This document shows positions 30,452-39,212 of a stretch of 64,000 bases of DNA, piece by piece. Both the position numbers and the translations under genes were made by a program. Under the pieces are notes generated by a model that made no database searches, was not told the DNA's origin, and saw only the letters and a list, made by a program, of their open reading frames with translations. Position 1 is the stretch's first letter. Each line of letters opens with the position of its first letter. Source of the DNA: Candidatus Zixiibacteriota bacterium (GTDB lineage: Bacteria; Zixibacteria; MSB-5A5; UBA10806; 4484-95). The stretch is taken from positions 193,406 through 257,405 of the forward strand of contig JBBIRK010000006.1 in assembly GCA_037441845.1 (NCBI GenBank), written 5' to 3'.

Positions 30452-31215
30452 AAGCCATTTTGACCGATGTCACCAAATGTATCGGCTGCCTGGAATGCGT
30501 AGCAGCCTGCAAGAAAGCGAATGGACTGGAAATTGATGTCCCGCGCGAGTGGCAGAAAAACGACGGCCTTTCCGCCTTGAACTGGACCTCGATTATAAGA
30601 AAACCGAACGGCCATTTCATACGCAAACAGTGCCGTCATTGTATCGAACCCGCTTGCGTCGCTTCATGCCCGGTGGGCGCACTGCACAAGACGAAAGAAG
30701 GTCCAGTAATCTATGACAGTGGCAAATGCCTCGGTTGCCGCTATTGCATGATGGCTTGCCCCTACGGCATACCCCGTTACGATTGGGATAAAACCGTACC
30801 TTACGTGCGCAAGTGCACCATGTGTTACGAAAGGATCGTCGACGGCGGAGAGCCCGCCTGCACCGCCGCTTGTCCTACGGGGGCCACCATCTTCGGCGAA
30901 AGAGATGCATTGCTGAAAATCGCCGCTGAAAGAATCCGGCGGGAACCGCATAAATACATTCAGACCATATACGGTGAAAAAGAGATCGGCGGCACCTTGG
31001 TCTTATACGTTTCGGATATCGATTTGGGTTTTCTCACTTATGGCTCTCGCCCGGACACCAAACCGTTGCCGCGAACTACCGCGCCGGCGATGAAAGCGGT
31101 GCCGTTCACTTTCCTGGGCATGGGAGCGGTAATGTATGGCTTACATTGGATCATCGGTCGCCGGCGGAAACTCCAATCCGAAACCGCTGCCGGCGGGGTG
31201 GATAAAAATGAATAG
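30448..31215 (+). CDS. HybA/HmcB-like 4x[4Fe-4S] protein with C-terminal membrane anchor
   Basis: CIGCLECVAAC, CRHCIEPACVASCP, CLGCRYCMMACP, KCTMC..PACTAACP; C-terminal TM. Confidence 0.9.
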   Translation: MKAILTDVTKCIGCLECVAACKKANGLEIDVPREWQKNDGLSALNWTSIIRKPNGHFIRKQCRHCIEPACVASCPVGALHKTKEGPVIYDSGKCLGCRYCMMACPYGIPRYDWDKTVPYVRKCTMCYERIVDGGEPACTAACPTGATIFGERDALLKIAAERIRREPHKYIQTIYGEKEIGGTLVLYVSDIDLGFLTYGSRPDTKPLPRTTAPAMKAVPFTFLGMGAVMYGLHWIIGRRRKLQSETAAGGVDKNE

Positions 31216-33055
31216 AGCGTATAAACTAAAAACCGTGCTTTGGGCGATAGTCGGCATGGCGAGCGCCGCGGTGTTGGGGCGATTCGTTTTCGGGCTGGGG
31301 GCGGTCACCAATCTTTCCGATTCGACCCCGTGGGGCTTGTGGATAGGTTTCGATGTCATGGGTGGAGTGGCTCTGGCGGCCGGCGGGTTTGTGATCACCG
31401 CCATCGTTTATATTTTAAGGCGCGAGGAGTTTCGGCCGATCGTCAAGCCGGCCGTCTTGACCGCGTTTCTCGGATATCTCGCCGTAATCGTGAGCCTGCT
31501 TTTCGATCTCGGCCTGCCCTGGAATATCTGGCACATGATCGTATTCTGGAATCCCCATTCGCCTCTGTTCGAGGTCGGATGGTGCGTGATGCTTTACACC
31601 ACCGTTCTGCTCTTGGAGTTTTCTCCGGTGCCGCTCGAGGAAAGCAGCCGTTACGCCAGAGTCAGGAACCTGCTGATGAAATTTCGATTTCCTCTGGTAC
31701 TGCTGGGGATCATGTTTTCGACGCTGCACCAGTCATCACTCGGTTCGCTGATGCTTATCGTGCCGTTCAAACTTCATCTGCTATGGCACACCAATATCTT
31801 GCCCGTGCTGTTTTTCGTTTCCGCGGTCGCACTGGGTTTGAATATGATCGTGCTGGAAAGCCTGATCTCTTCCTATATTTATTGCCGTCCGCCGGAAATT
31901 CACCTGCTTACTAAACTGGCGGCGGCGGCCAGATGGGTTTTACTTGTCTATGTGACGGTCAGATTAGGCGATATCGTTTTCTCCGGCAAAGGATCCCAGC
32001 TTCTCGGCGGAAATTGGGAGACAATTATATTTTACATTGAATTGGCGATAACCGCCGTTGCGCCGATCGTCTTGTTTTCTTTCGGAAGGATCCGCGGAAG
32101 CGTCGGCGGCCTGTGGATAGGTTCGATCTCGGTGGTCGTTGGTTTCGTATTCAACCGGATCAACACCTCGGGCCTGACCATGCTGCGGGCGGTGGGCGAG
32201 CCGTATTTCCCCTCCTGGATGGAAATTATAACCAGCGCGGGCGTAGTATCCGCCGCGGCGCTCGCATTCATGTTCGCCGTGGAAAAGTTCAAAATATGGG
32301 AAAGCAAACCGATCGACCCGGACGAGGCCGCTTATGCACCGCCGCGATTCGACCGAGCTTCGCTGGTTTGGCTGGGAACACCTTCGCAAATCCAAAAAAC
32401 CAAGAATTCGTTGATTTTTGTCCTATTTGCGGCGTTGGGTCTTGCACTCATTCCGTTCAGCAGAGCAGACAGGACCGGTATTCTCGATATCGTGACCGCC
32501 CGCGCCACCGGCGGCGACACGTTGTTCGTGGATGGCAACCGCGATGGCTTCGGCGTGCCTTTCGATCATAAATCTCACCAGCAGAAAAACGGCGGCGAAA
32601 ATTCCTGCGTAATCTGTCATCATCTTAACCTTCCGCTGGATCGTCACAGCGGTTGCTACGCCTGCCATAAAAATATGTACGATGTTTCCGAGGCTTTCGA
32701 TCATCGATTGCATTCGGGCGGCGCAGCCGGTGATATTCCCTGCGTGGAATGTCATCCCCAGGGACGAATTAAAAGCGCGGCAACCGCTGAGAAATGCGAT
32801 AAATGCCATAAGGACCTGCTGCCGTCAGGATCGAAAATAATCCCCATCGATTATTGTGCTCCATCATACGTCGATGCCATGCATAAATCCTGCGTAGGAT
32901 GCCACAAGGGAAAGGCGGGGCAGTCGATCGAGAATAAAAATCTCGGGCTGTGCACCGCCTGCCACCGCGATATCGCCCAGCCGGACGAAAGCCCTAGAGC
33001 CAAATTCGCTAATAAATCTTTCAATAAAGTCGTAATGCCGCGGGGAACGCATTAA
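31208..33055 (+). CDS. NrfD/HybB/HmcC-like membrane subunit fused to hexaheme cytochrome c3-like domain
   Basis: TNLSD..PWGLWIGFDV..GVALAAGGF, STLHQSSLG; then six CxxCH motifs in the same frame. Confidence 0.88.
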   Translation: MNRAYKLKTVLWAIVGMASAAVLGRFVFGLGAVTNLSDSTPWGLWIGFDVMGGVALAAGGFVITAIVYILRREEFRPIVKPAVLTAFLGYLAVIVSLLFDLGLPWNIWHMIVFWNPHSPLFEVGWCVMLYTTVLLLEFSPVPLEESSRYARVRNLLMKFRFPLVLLGIMFSTLHQSSLGSLMLIVPFKLHLLWHTNILPVLFFVSAVALGLNMIVLESLISSYIYCRPPEIHLLTKLAAAARWVLLVYVTVRLGDIVFSGKGSQLLGGNWETIIFYIELAITAVAPIVLFSFGRIRGSVGGLWIGSISVVVGFVFNRINTSGLTMLRAVGEPYFPSWMEIITSAGVVSAAALAFMFAVEKFKIWESKPIDPDEAAYAPPRFDRASLVWLGTPSQIQKTKNSLIFVLFAALGLALIPFSRADRTGILDIVTARATGGDTLFVDGNRDGFGVPFDHKSHQQKNGGENSCVICHHLNLPLDRHSGCYACHKNMYDVSEAFDHRLHSGGAAGDIPCVECHPQGRIKSAATAEKCDKCHKDLLPSGSKIIPIDYCAPSYVDAMHKSCVGCHKGKAGQSIENKNLGLCTACHRDIAQPDESPRAKFANKSFNKVVMPRGTH

Positions 33056-33074
33056 TAGCAAGGTCAATCCGGGA

Positions 33075-34556
33075 ATGCAGGCGATTAAAAAAAACAGCCG
33101 AGCGGACAAAGGCGATCTCGATTTAAGATGGATCCATCAGGAACTGTTCAATCAAATTCCGTTCAATGCGGCTGTAATCGACCGCGATTTCAATATCATC
33201 GAAGCCAACCAGGCGTTCATACGATATTTCGGACGCTGGAAAGGGAAAAAATGCTACGAGGCCTATAAAAAATCCAATCGCCCATGCGCTCATTGCAATG
33301 CCATGGAGGTTTTCGAAAACGGCCGCTCGAGCGTGACCGATGAACTAGGGATCGACCGCCGGGGACGACCGGCGCACTATGTCGTGCATATCGCTCCGCT
33401 GCGCAAAAAATCGAGCGGGAAAGTGGATTACGTCCTCGAGATGTCCACCGATGTCACCGAAACCAAACACTGGCAAAAAGAATACCAGATCCTATTCGAC
33501 CGCGTGCCCTGCTACATTTCCGTAATCGACAGAGATTACCGCATCACCAGAGCCAACGAAAGTTTCCGCGAAAATTTCGGTGATTTCGATCATCGTTATT
33601 GCTATGAAGTATACAAGAAAAGGGATAAAAAATGCGCACGCTGTCCGGCCGCATTGACCTTTCGCGACGGCAAAACCCATAAATCCGAACAGGTCGGACT
33701 CAGCCGAACCGGCGAACGAACCCATTATATCGTCACTACCACCCCTCTGTCCCGAGGTGAAAGCAAGATCGAGCATGTGATCGAAATATGCACCGACATC
33801 ACTGATCTCAAAAAAATCGAAGAAAGCATGATCGAGGCCGAAAGACTGGCCGCGGTCGGGGAAACGGTTGCCGGTCTAGCCCATAGCATCAAGAATATTT
33901 TGATGGGCCTGGAAGGCGGCATGTATATCGTCTCCCTGGGTATGAAAAAAGACGACCGGACGCGGATCGCCGAAGGCTGGGAGATGCTCGAGCGGAATTT
34001 CAAAAAAACGACTCAGTTGGTCAAAGATTTCCTGAATTTCGCCAAAGGTCAATTGCCCGATCTCGACTTGACCGATCCCAACGAAATCGTCGCCGAAATA
34101 ATCGAATTATACAAGCGGAACGTCGCCGCAAAAGGAATCCGGTTGACGGCCGAGTTAGACCGTTCGGTCAAACCCGCTTTCCTCGATCGTAAAGGTATAC
34201 ACACTTGCCTTACCAACCTCGTCTCCAACGCTATCGACGCTTGCAACATGAGCGATGCCGGCGATAAGTTCGTGAAAATCAAAGTCGGCGACGAAAATGG
34301 AACGCTGATTTTCGAGGTCATCGACAACGGCTGCGGTATCGATTGCGAAATAAAGAAAAAAATATTCACTACGTTCTTCACCACCAAGGGCGGAGAAGGG
34401 ACGGGTCTGGGATTGTTGACGACAAGAAAAATTATCAACGAACACGGCGGCAAAATCATGGTCCATTCGCAAAAGGGCCAAGGCGCGCGATTTAGAATAG
34501 AGCTGCCGCGGAAGAGGCTGGAACTCCTCTATAAAAAAGGACGCGAGGGAAAATAA
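33075..34556 (+). CDS. PAS-PAS sensor histidine kinase (soluble)
   Basis: AHSIKN H-box, NLVSNAIDA, DNGCG, FFTTKG, GTGLGL; Cys-containing PAS domains (CYE..C..C). Confidence 0.93.
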   Translation: MQAIKKNSRADKGDLDLRWIHQELFNQIPFNAAVIDRDFNIIEANQAFIRYFGRWKGKKCYEAYKKSNRPCAHCNAMEVFENGRSSVTDELGIDRRGRPAHYVVHIAPLRKKSSGKVDYVLEMSTDVTETKHWQKEYQILFDRVPCYISVIDRDYRITRANESFRENFGDFDHRYCYEVYKKRDKKCARCPAALTFRDGKTHKSEQVGLSRTGERTHYIVTTTPLSRGESKIEHVIEICTDITDLKKIEESMIEAERLAAVGETVAGLAHSIKNILMGLEGGMYIVSLGMKKDDRTRIAEGWEMLERNFKKTTQLVKDFLNFAKGQLPDLDLTDPNEIVAEIIELYKRNVAAKGIRLTAELDRSVKPAFLDRKGIHTCLTNLVSNAIDACNMSDAGDKFVKIKVGDENGTLIFEVIDNGCGIDCEIKKKIFTTFFTTKGGEGTGLGLLTTRKIINEHGGKIMVHSQKGQGARFRIELPRKRLELLYKKGREGK

Positions 34557-34558
34557 TT

Positions 34559-35098
34559 ATGGCCGAAAAAACGAATCAACGCCGGAAAATCGTCCTCGTG
34601 GTCGATGACGAGGCCGATATCAGAAAATATCTGGCGACGGCGCTGCAGGAAGCCGGTTTCAAGGTGCTCGAGGCCGCCGACGGCGATGAGGCATTGATCA
34701 AAGTCAAAGAAAATAAGCCCGATTTGATTTCGCTGGATCTGATCATGCCCAGGAAATCGGGCGTGAAATTCCACCGCGAGCTGCTGAAAAACAAAGATTG
34801 GGCGAAAATCCCCATAATAATCGTCACCGGCCACGCCCGCGATGACCTCGGTCGAGCAGATCTCAAAGAATTGACCATGAGCGGGCCCGGGCTTTATCTC
34901 GAAAAACCGGTGAATCCCAAAAGTTATATAGTCGCCGTAAAAAAACTCCTTGGGGAAAAGGTCAATGAGTCCGAGGAAACGACGCTCGAGAAAATCAAAA
35001 TTCAAAACGAAATTAAAGATCTGATGGAAAAGGCGGATTTGAACAGCCTCGAAAAAATAAAGTCGCTGCTGAAAAAAAATAACGACTCGAAAACTTAG
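34559..35098 (+). CDS. Response regulator receiver protein without DNA-binding domain
   Basis: LVVDDE, DLISLDLIMP, IVTG, EKP; C-terminal helical tail. Confidence 0.9.
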   Translation: MAEKTNQRRKIVLVVDDEADIRKYLATALQEAGFKVLEAADGDEALIKVKENKPDLISLDLIMPRKSGVKFHRELLKNKDWAKIPIIIVTGHARDDLGRADLKELTMSGPGLYLEKPVNPKSYIVAVKKLLGEKVNESEETTLEKIKIQNEIKDLMEKADLNSLEKIKSLLKKNNDSKT

Positions 35099-35109
35099 CT
35101 CGTTTGGCT

Positions 35110-35511
35110 ATGAACCCCACGAATGATAACATCCGCGGCAAGAAAATCTTGATCATCGATGACGAAACCGACACCAGAACCTATCTTGACGCATTGCTGA
35201 CCGAAAACGGCTACAGAACCAAACAGGCTTCCGGCGGCGAAGATGCTTTACGGGTTATGCGGGATTTCACCCCGGATTTGATCACGCTCGATATAATTAT
35301 GCCCCACAAAACCGGCCTTAAATTCTATCGAGAACTTTGCCTCGATAAAAAATATCGCCATATCCCGGTAGTCATTTTAAGCGGCGTAACCCGCTACAAA
35401 GAGCTTTTCACCAAAGATTACGCCGCCTTGCCCAGGCCGTTCGCTTTTATCGAAAAACCGATCGAAAAGGAGAATTTTCTTTCCGTCTTGAAATCCGCTC
35501 TCGAGCGTTAA
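35110..35511 (+). CDS. Stand-alone response regulator receiver protein
   Basis: LIIDDE, DLITLDIIMP, ILSG, EKP. Confidence 0.9.
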   Translation: MNPTNDNIRGKKILIIDDETDTRTYLDALLTENGYRTKQASGGEDALRVMRDFTPDLITLDIIMPHKTGLKFYRELCLDKKYRHIPVVILSGVTRYKELFTKDYAALPRPFAFIEKPIEKENFLSVLKSALER

Positions 35512-35894
35512 TCCCTTTTGCACTGTTTCAAAGCCTTCGACAGGGCCGCTCCTATTCTTGCCCATGGCCGGTAGATGGCATCCGGAAATAGCAGTTTAAT
35601 TCTCTCTATCTTCTCATCGACTCCGTCCGCGAAAATTATCGGCGTCTGCCGCAAGCTTTTTCGGTTGCGAAGCTCCATCGCCGCCTCGCGGCCGTGCGAT
35701 GGCAATCGGCTCAGATCGATCACCACGGCATCGGGGGGGTTTTCCGCCAGTTTCCTCATGAATTCATGGCTGTAGGAATGCATGGGAATCACGGTATGCC
35801 CGAGATTTTCGATTTGTTTGATCCGGGCTCCGGCCTCGCTTGTGTTCCAATGAATCAATAAAACTCTGTCGGTTTTTTTGCTTTTTTCTTTCAT
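35508..35894 (-). CDS. Atypical receiver-like protein
   Basis: PPDAVVIDLSRLPSHG..LR..TPIIF resembles the CheY fold but lacks the acidic pair and KP; ATG 35894 chosen because the longer ORF overlaps hydA. Confidence 0.6.
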   Translation of the reverse strand: MKEKSKKTDRVLLIHWNTSEAGARIKQIENLGHTVIPMHSYSHEFMRKLAENPPDAVVIDLSRLPSHGREAAMELRNRKSLRQTPIIFADGVDEKIERIKLLFPDAIYRPWARIGAALSKALKQCKRD

Positions 35895-35916
35895 AGAATA
35901 CCATTCTATGTCAAAC

Positions 35917-35945
35917 TTGCCTCGTCGAAGGCAACTTAATATTAT
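35917..35945 (+). promoter_or_regulatory. Possible sigma70 promoter of the purine operon overlapping a palindrome
   Basis: TTGCCT-17 bp-TATTAT; TTGCCT-6-AGGCAA inverted repeat at 35917-34. Confidence 0.45.
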
Positions 35946-36042
35946 CGGCTCGGCTGATCCAAGGCGCAATGGGAAAATACGGCATCCTTGAATTTCCTGT
36001 CTTGTGATTGTAAAATCCATGAGCCGCAAGCCGGAGGTAAAG

Positions 36043-37449
36043 ATGGCCGTTGCACCAAAATACGATATGTTATTAGCCGGCGGCCGGGTTTTCATCGAAG
36101 GAAAACTGTGCCGATCGGATATCGCCGTAAAAGGTGATAAAATTTCCGCATTAGGCCGCCTCGATAACGTCGCGGCTGTAAGGCGGATCGATTTATCCGG
36201 CAAGTTGGTGTTGCCCGGGATAATCGACGCCCACGTGCATTTTCAATTGCCTGTCGGCTCGATTACCTCGGCGGATGATTTCCAAAGCGGATCGACAGCC
36301 GCCGCCTGTGGTGGAGTTACTACCTTCATAGATTTCGCCATTCAGAAAAAAGGCCAACCGTTGATTGAGGCGATCAAGAATCGCCGCAAGGAGGCCGAAG
36401 GCCGGGTGGCGATCGACTTCTCGCTCCATGCAGTCCCCACCGACTGGACGAAAACCACCGTTTCCGATTTCGAAGCCGCGGTTCGCTATGGCGTAACTTC
36501 GTTCAAAATCTACATGACCTATAAAAAGCAGGGACTTTACAGCGATGACGCCGGACTTTACACCGCTCTGAATGCAGCCGCCAGAGTCGAAGGACTGGTC
36601 ACCGTCCACGCCGAATCGGCGGATCTCCTCGACCATTTCGTGAAACGCTATCATGCCGAATCGGCAATGAAAAAATACGGCGCTTACGCCCATTCCTTGT
36701 CGCGGCCGGTCATCGTTGAAAGCGAGGCGGTAAGTCGAGCTGCGTTTCTTGCACGCAACCTCGATGCCATGCTCTATATAGTGCATATGTCCGCCGGAGA
36801 CAGTATCTCAATCGTAGAGTGCGCACGAGCTGACGGCGTTTCCGTGTTCGCCGAAACCTGCCCGCATTATTTGCTCTTCACCGACTCCGTTTTCAAGCGC
36901 CGCGACGGTTTCCTTTATGCCACCGCTCCTCAGGTCAAAGCAAAAAAGGATCAAGATGCCCTATGGCGCGGGTTGGCGGAAGGAGTCGTTTCGGTGATCG
37001 CAACCGATGATTGCGGCTTCAGCACCAAGCAAAAATCACGATGGAAAGGCGATTTCACCAAAATCCCGTGCGGCCTGCCCGGTGTGGAAACCATGTTGCC
37101 TCTGATTTACACCTATGGAGTGAAAACAGGCCGGATCTCACTTAAAAGAATGGTTCACGTGCTCAGCACGAACCCGGCCAGGCTATTCGGCCTTTATCCG
37201 AAAAAAGGGGTTATCGCCGTCGGCTCCGATGCCGATTTGGTGATAATCGATCCGAATAGCAAAAGCACGATTTCGGCGAAAAACTTGCATTCGAGATGCG
37301 ACTGGTCGCCTTACGAGGGAAAAACTGTCTGGGGAAGGCCGGACATTACGATCAGCCGCGGCAAAATTATCGTTCAAAACGGTCGATATATCGGTTCTCC
37401 GGGTGACGGAAAGTTCATAAAAAGATCACGGCCTTTGGCTCCGATCTGA
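36043..37449 (+). CDS. hydA: Dihydropyrimidinase/hydantoinase (HydA/HyuA family)
   Basis: DAHVH, TSFKIYM, VHAE, VHMS, ETCPHYL, GLPGVE; GGAGG RBS before ATG 36043. Confidence 0.92.
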   Translation: MAVAPKYDMLLAGGRVFIEGKLCRSDIAVKGDKISALGRLDNVAAVRRIDLSGKLVLPGIIDAHVHFQLPVGSITSADDFQSGSTAAACGGVTTFIDFAIQKKGQPLIEAIKNRRKEAEGRVAIDFSLHAVPTDWTKTTVSDFEAAVRYGVTSFKIYMTYKKQGLYSDDAGLYTALNAAARVEGLVTVHAESADLLDHFVKRYHAESAMKKYGAYAHSLSRPVIVESEAVSRAAFLARNLDAMLYIVHMSAGDSISIVECARADGVSVFAETCPHYLLFTDSVFKRRDGFLYATAPQVKAKKDQDALWRGLAEGVVSVIATDDCGFSTKQKSRWKGDFTKIPCGLPGVETMLPLIYTYGVKTGRISLKRMVHVLSTNPARLFGLYPKKGVIAVGSDADLVIIDPNSKSTISAKNLHSRCDWSPYEGKTVWGRPDITISRGKIIVQNGRYIGSPGDGKFIKRSRPLAPI

Positions 37450-37608
37450 CCGATACAATCGTTGCACGGCCCGGGTCAGCCTATGGGCACGCTGCCAAAT
37501 TAGCTTGCATGACAACTGACATTTAACGTAATTTTAGCTTGGTGTTATTGCTTGAGTCACCGCGGTCAAAACGACCGGACCTTACCATGAGTTGGATGGA
37601 GCCCGCAC

Positions 37609-38613
37609 ATGACAATTGATTTACAAGGAAAAGATTTCATAACCACCCAGGAATGGACGAAAGAGGAAATCGAAACCGCGATCGCCAAGGCGATCCAATT
37701 GAAAGATAAGAAAAGACGGAATATCCCCCACCGGATTTTGCCGGATAAGACACTGTTCATGTTTTTTTTCGATAAATCGACGCGCACACGCAATTCTTTC
37801 GAAGCCGGAATCACACAGCTGGGCGGTCATGCTCATTTCATAGAGGCCGGCTCGTCGCAAATCGCCCACGGCGAAAGCCCCAAGGACATGGGAATAATAC
37901 TTTCATCTTACGGGCATGCGATCGCCATCAGGCACGATCTCGTTCCCGGCGAGGGGAACAGTTATATACGCGAGGTCGCCCGACATGCCTCGGTGCCGGT
38001 ATTCAATATGCAATGTGATATCGATCACCCGTTCCAGACGCTTGCCGATTTGATGACGATGCGAGAGATTTTAGGCGACGACCTGAAAGGGAAAAAGATC
38101 GCCGTCAGCTGGGCCTACGCACCGAGTTACGCCAAACCGTTGTCGGTGCCGCAGGGGCTGATCACGCTTTTGACCCGCTATGGGATGCATGTAACGCTGG
38201 CTCACCCGCCTGAATTCAAATTGATGCCGGACCAAATTGTTCTGGCCGAACAAAATGCTAAAAAGCACGGCGCCCGTTTTGAGATCACCGACTCGATGGA
38301 GGAGGCTTTCGCCGACGCCGACGTGGTTTACCCGAAAAGCTGGGGAGTGCTCGAATTGTTTTCCCGGCCGCAGGAAGCACTGAAGCTGGCCGCCGATTAC
38401 AAGCATTGGATTTGCGATTCGCGGATGATGGCTTTGGCCAAGCCGGGCGCGATTTACATGCACTGTCTGCCTGCCGACAGGGGAAACGAGGTCACCGACG
38501 AAATTATCGATGGTCCGCAGTCGGTGGTGTATCAGGAAGCGGAAAACCGGTTGCACACCTGCAAAGCGGTGATGGCCCTGACTATGGATGATTCCAAGAC
38601 GGAGCCGAAGTGA
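37609..38613 (+). CDS. ygeW: YgeW-like carbamoyltransferase
   Basis: STRT, SQIAHGE, QCDIDHPFQ, SWAYAPSYAKPLSVPQG (YgeW-type loop), YPKSW, HCLPAD. Confidence 0.85.
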   Translation: MTIDLQGKDFITTQEWTKEEIETAIAKAIQLKDKKRRNIPHRILPDKTLFMFFFDKSTRTRNSFEAGITQLGGHAHFIEAGSSQIAHGESPKDMGIILSSYGHAIAIRHDLVPGEGNSYIREVARHASVPVFNMQCDIDHPFQTLADLMTMREILGDDLKGKKIAVSWAYAPSYAKPLSVPQGLITLLTRYGMHVTLAHPPEFKLMPDQIVLAEQNAKKHGARFEITDSMEEAFADADVVYPKSWGVLELFSRPQEALKLAADYKHWICDSRMMALAKPGAIYMHCLPADRGNEVTDEIIDGPQSVVYQEAENRLHTCKAVMALTMDDSKTEPK

Positions 38614-39212
38614 GAAGGAGCCGGTGCCGGGATATCGCCGCAGTCATTTTGGCCGCGGGCGAGGGAAAACGTTTCGGAGGAAACAAGGCGCTGGCGAAAT
38701 TCAAGGGAGTGAGTTTTCTCGAAATGATCGCCGGTGATATCCAACGCAGCGGATACGATCCGATAATCGCGGTGCTGGGAAGCCAGGCCGATTCGGTTAT
38801 GGCTGAAGCCGATCGTATCGGAATCCAATACGTGGTGAATCGCAATTGGTGCGATAGTCAATTCTCCTCACTTAAAACAGGTTTGGCAGCAGTCACCCGA
38901 GAAGTGTGCGGGGCGCTAATCGCTCTGGTCGATCATCCATTCGTGCGTTTAGAAACATACACCGAATTGAAAGAAGCGTTCTCCGAAAATCCCAAACGGA
39001 TTCTCATACCGGTGTTCGACCATAAAAGAGGGCATCCGGTGGTCATTCCTTACAAAATTATGCGTGAGGTGATGGAATCGCCCGAAGAAACGAATTTGAA
39101 AGTGATAATCGGAAAACATGAGAAAATGATGAAGCTTTATCGCACGAACGACCCGGGCGTAATTCAGGATATCGACACCATGGAAGATTTAAAGCGGATT
39201 TCGAGCCGATGA
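38610..39212 (+). CDS. mocA: Molybdenum cofactor cytidylyltransferase-like nucleotidyltransferase
   Basis: ILAAGEGKRFG..K, SSLKTG, LVDHP, RGHPV, DIDT; adjacent to XDH-family genes. Confidence 0.85.
   Translation: MRRSRCRDIAAVILAAGEGKRFGGNKALAKFKGVSFLEMIAGDIQRSGYDPIIAVLGSQADSVMAEADRIGIQYVVNRNWCDSQFSSLKTGLAAVTREVCGALIALVDHPFVRLETYTELKEAFSENPKRILIPVFDHKRGHPVVIPYKIMREVMESPEETNLKVIIGKHEKMMKLYRTNDPGVIQDIDTMEDLKRISSR

Noticed and set aside
28311..33055. Calling the complex DsrMKJOP or a hydrogenase-2
   Set aside because: No dsrAB/C, no triheme DsrJ and no hydrogenase subunits; only family-level similarity is supportable
37450..37608. Purine riboswitch or internal promoter between hydA and ygeW
   Set aside because: No purine-riboswitch core (TATAAT..GATATGG..TTTCTACC) and only weak promoter matches
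37609..38613. Ornithine carbamoyltransferase argF
   Set aside because: Has the YgeW-type SYAKPLSVPQG loop, lacks the SMG ornithine-binding motif, and lies in a purine-catabolic context
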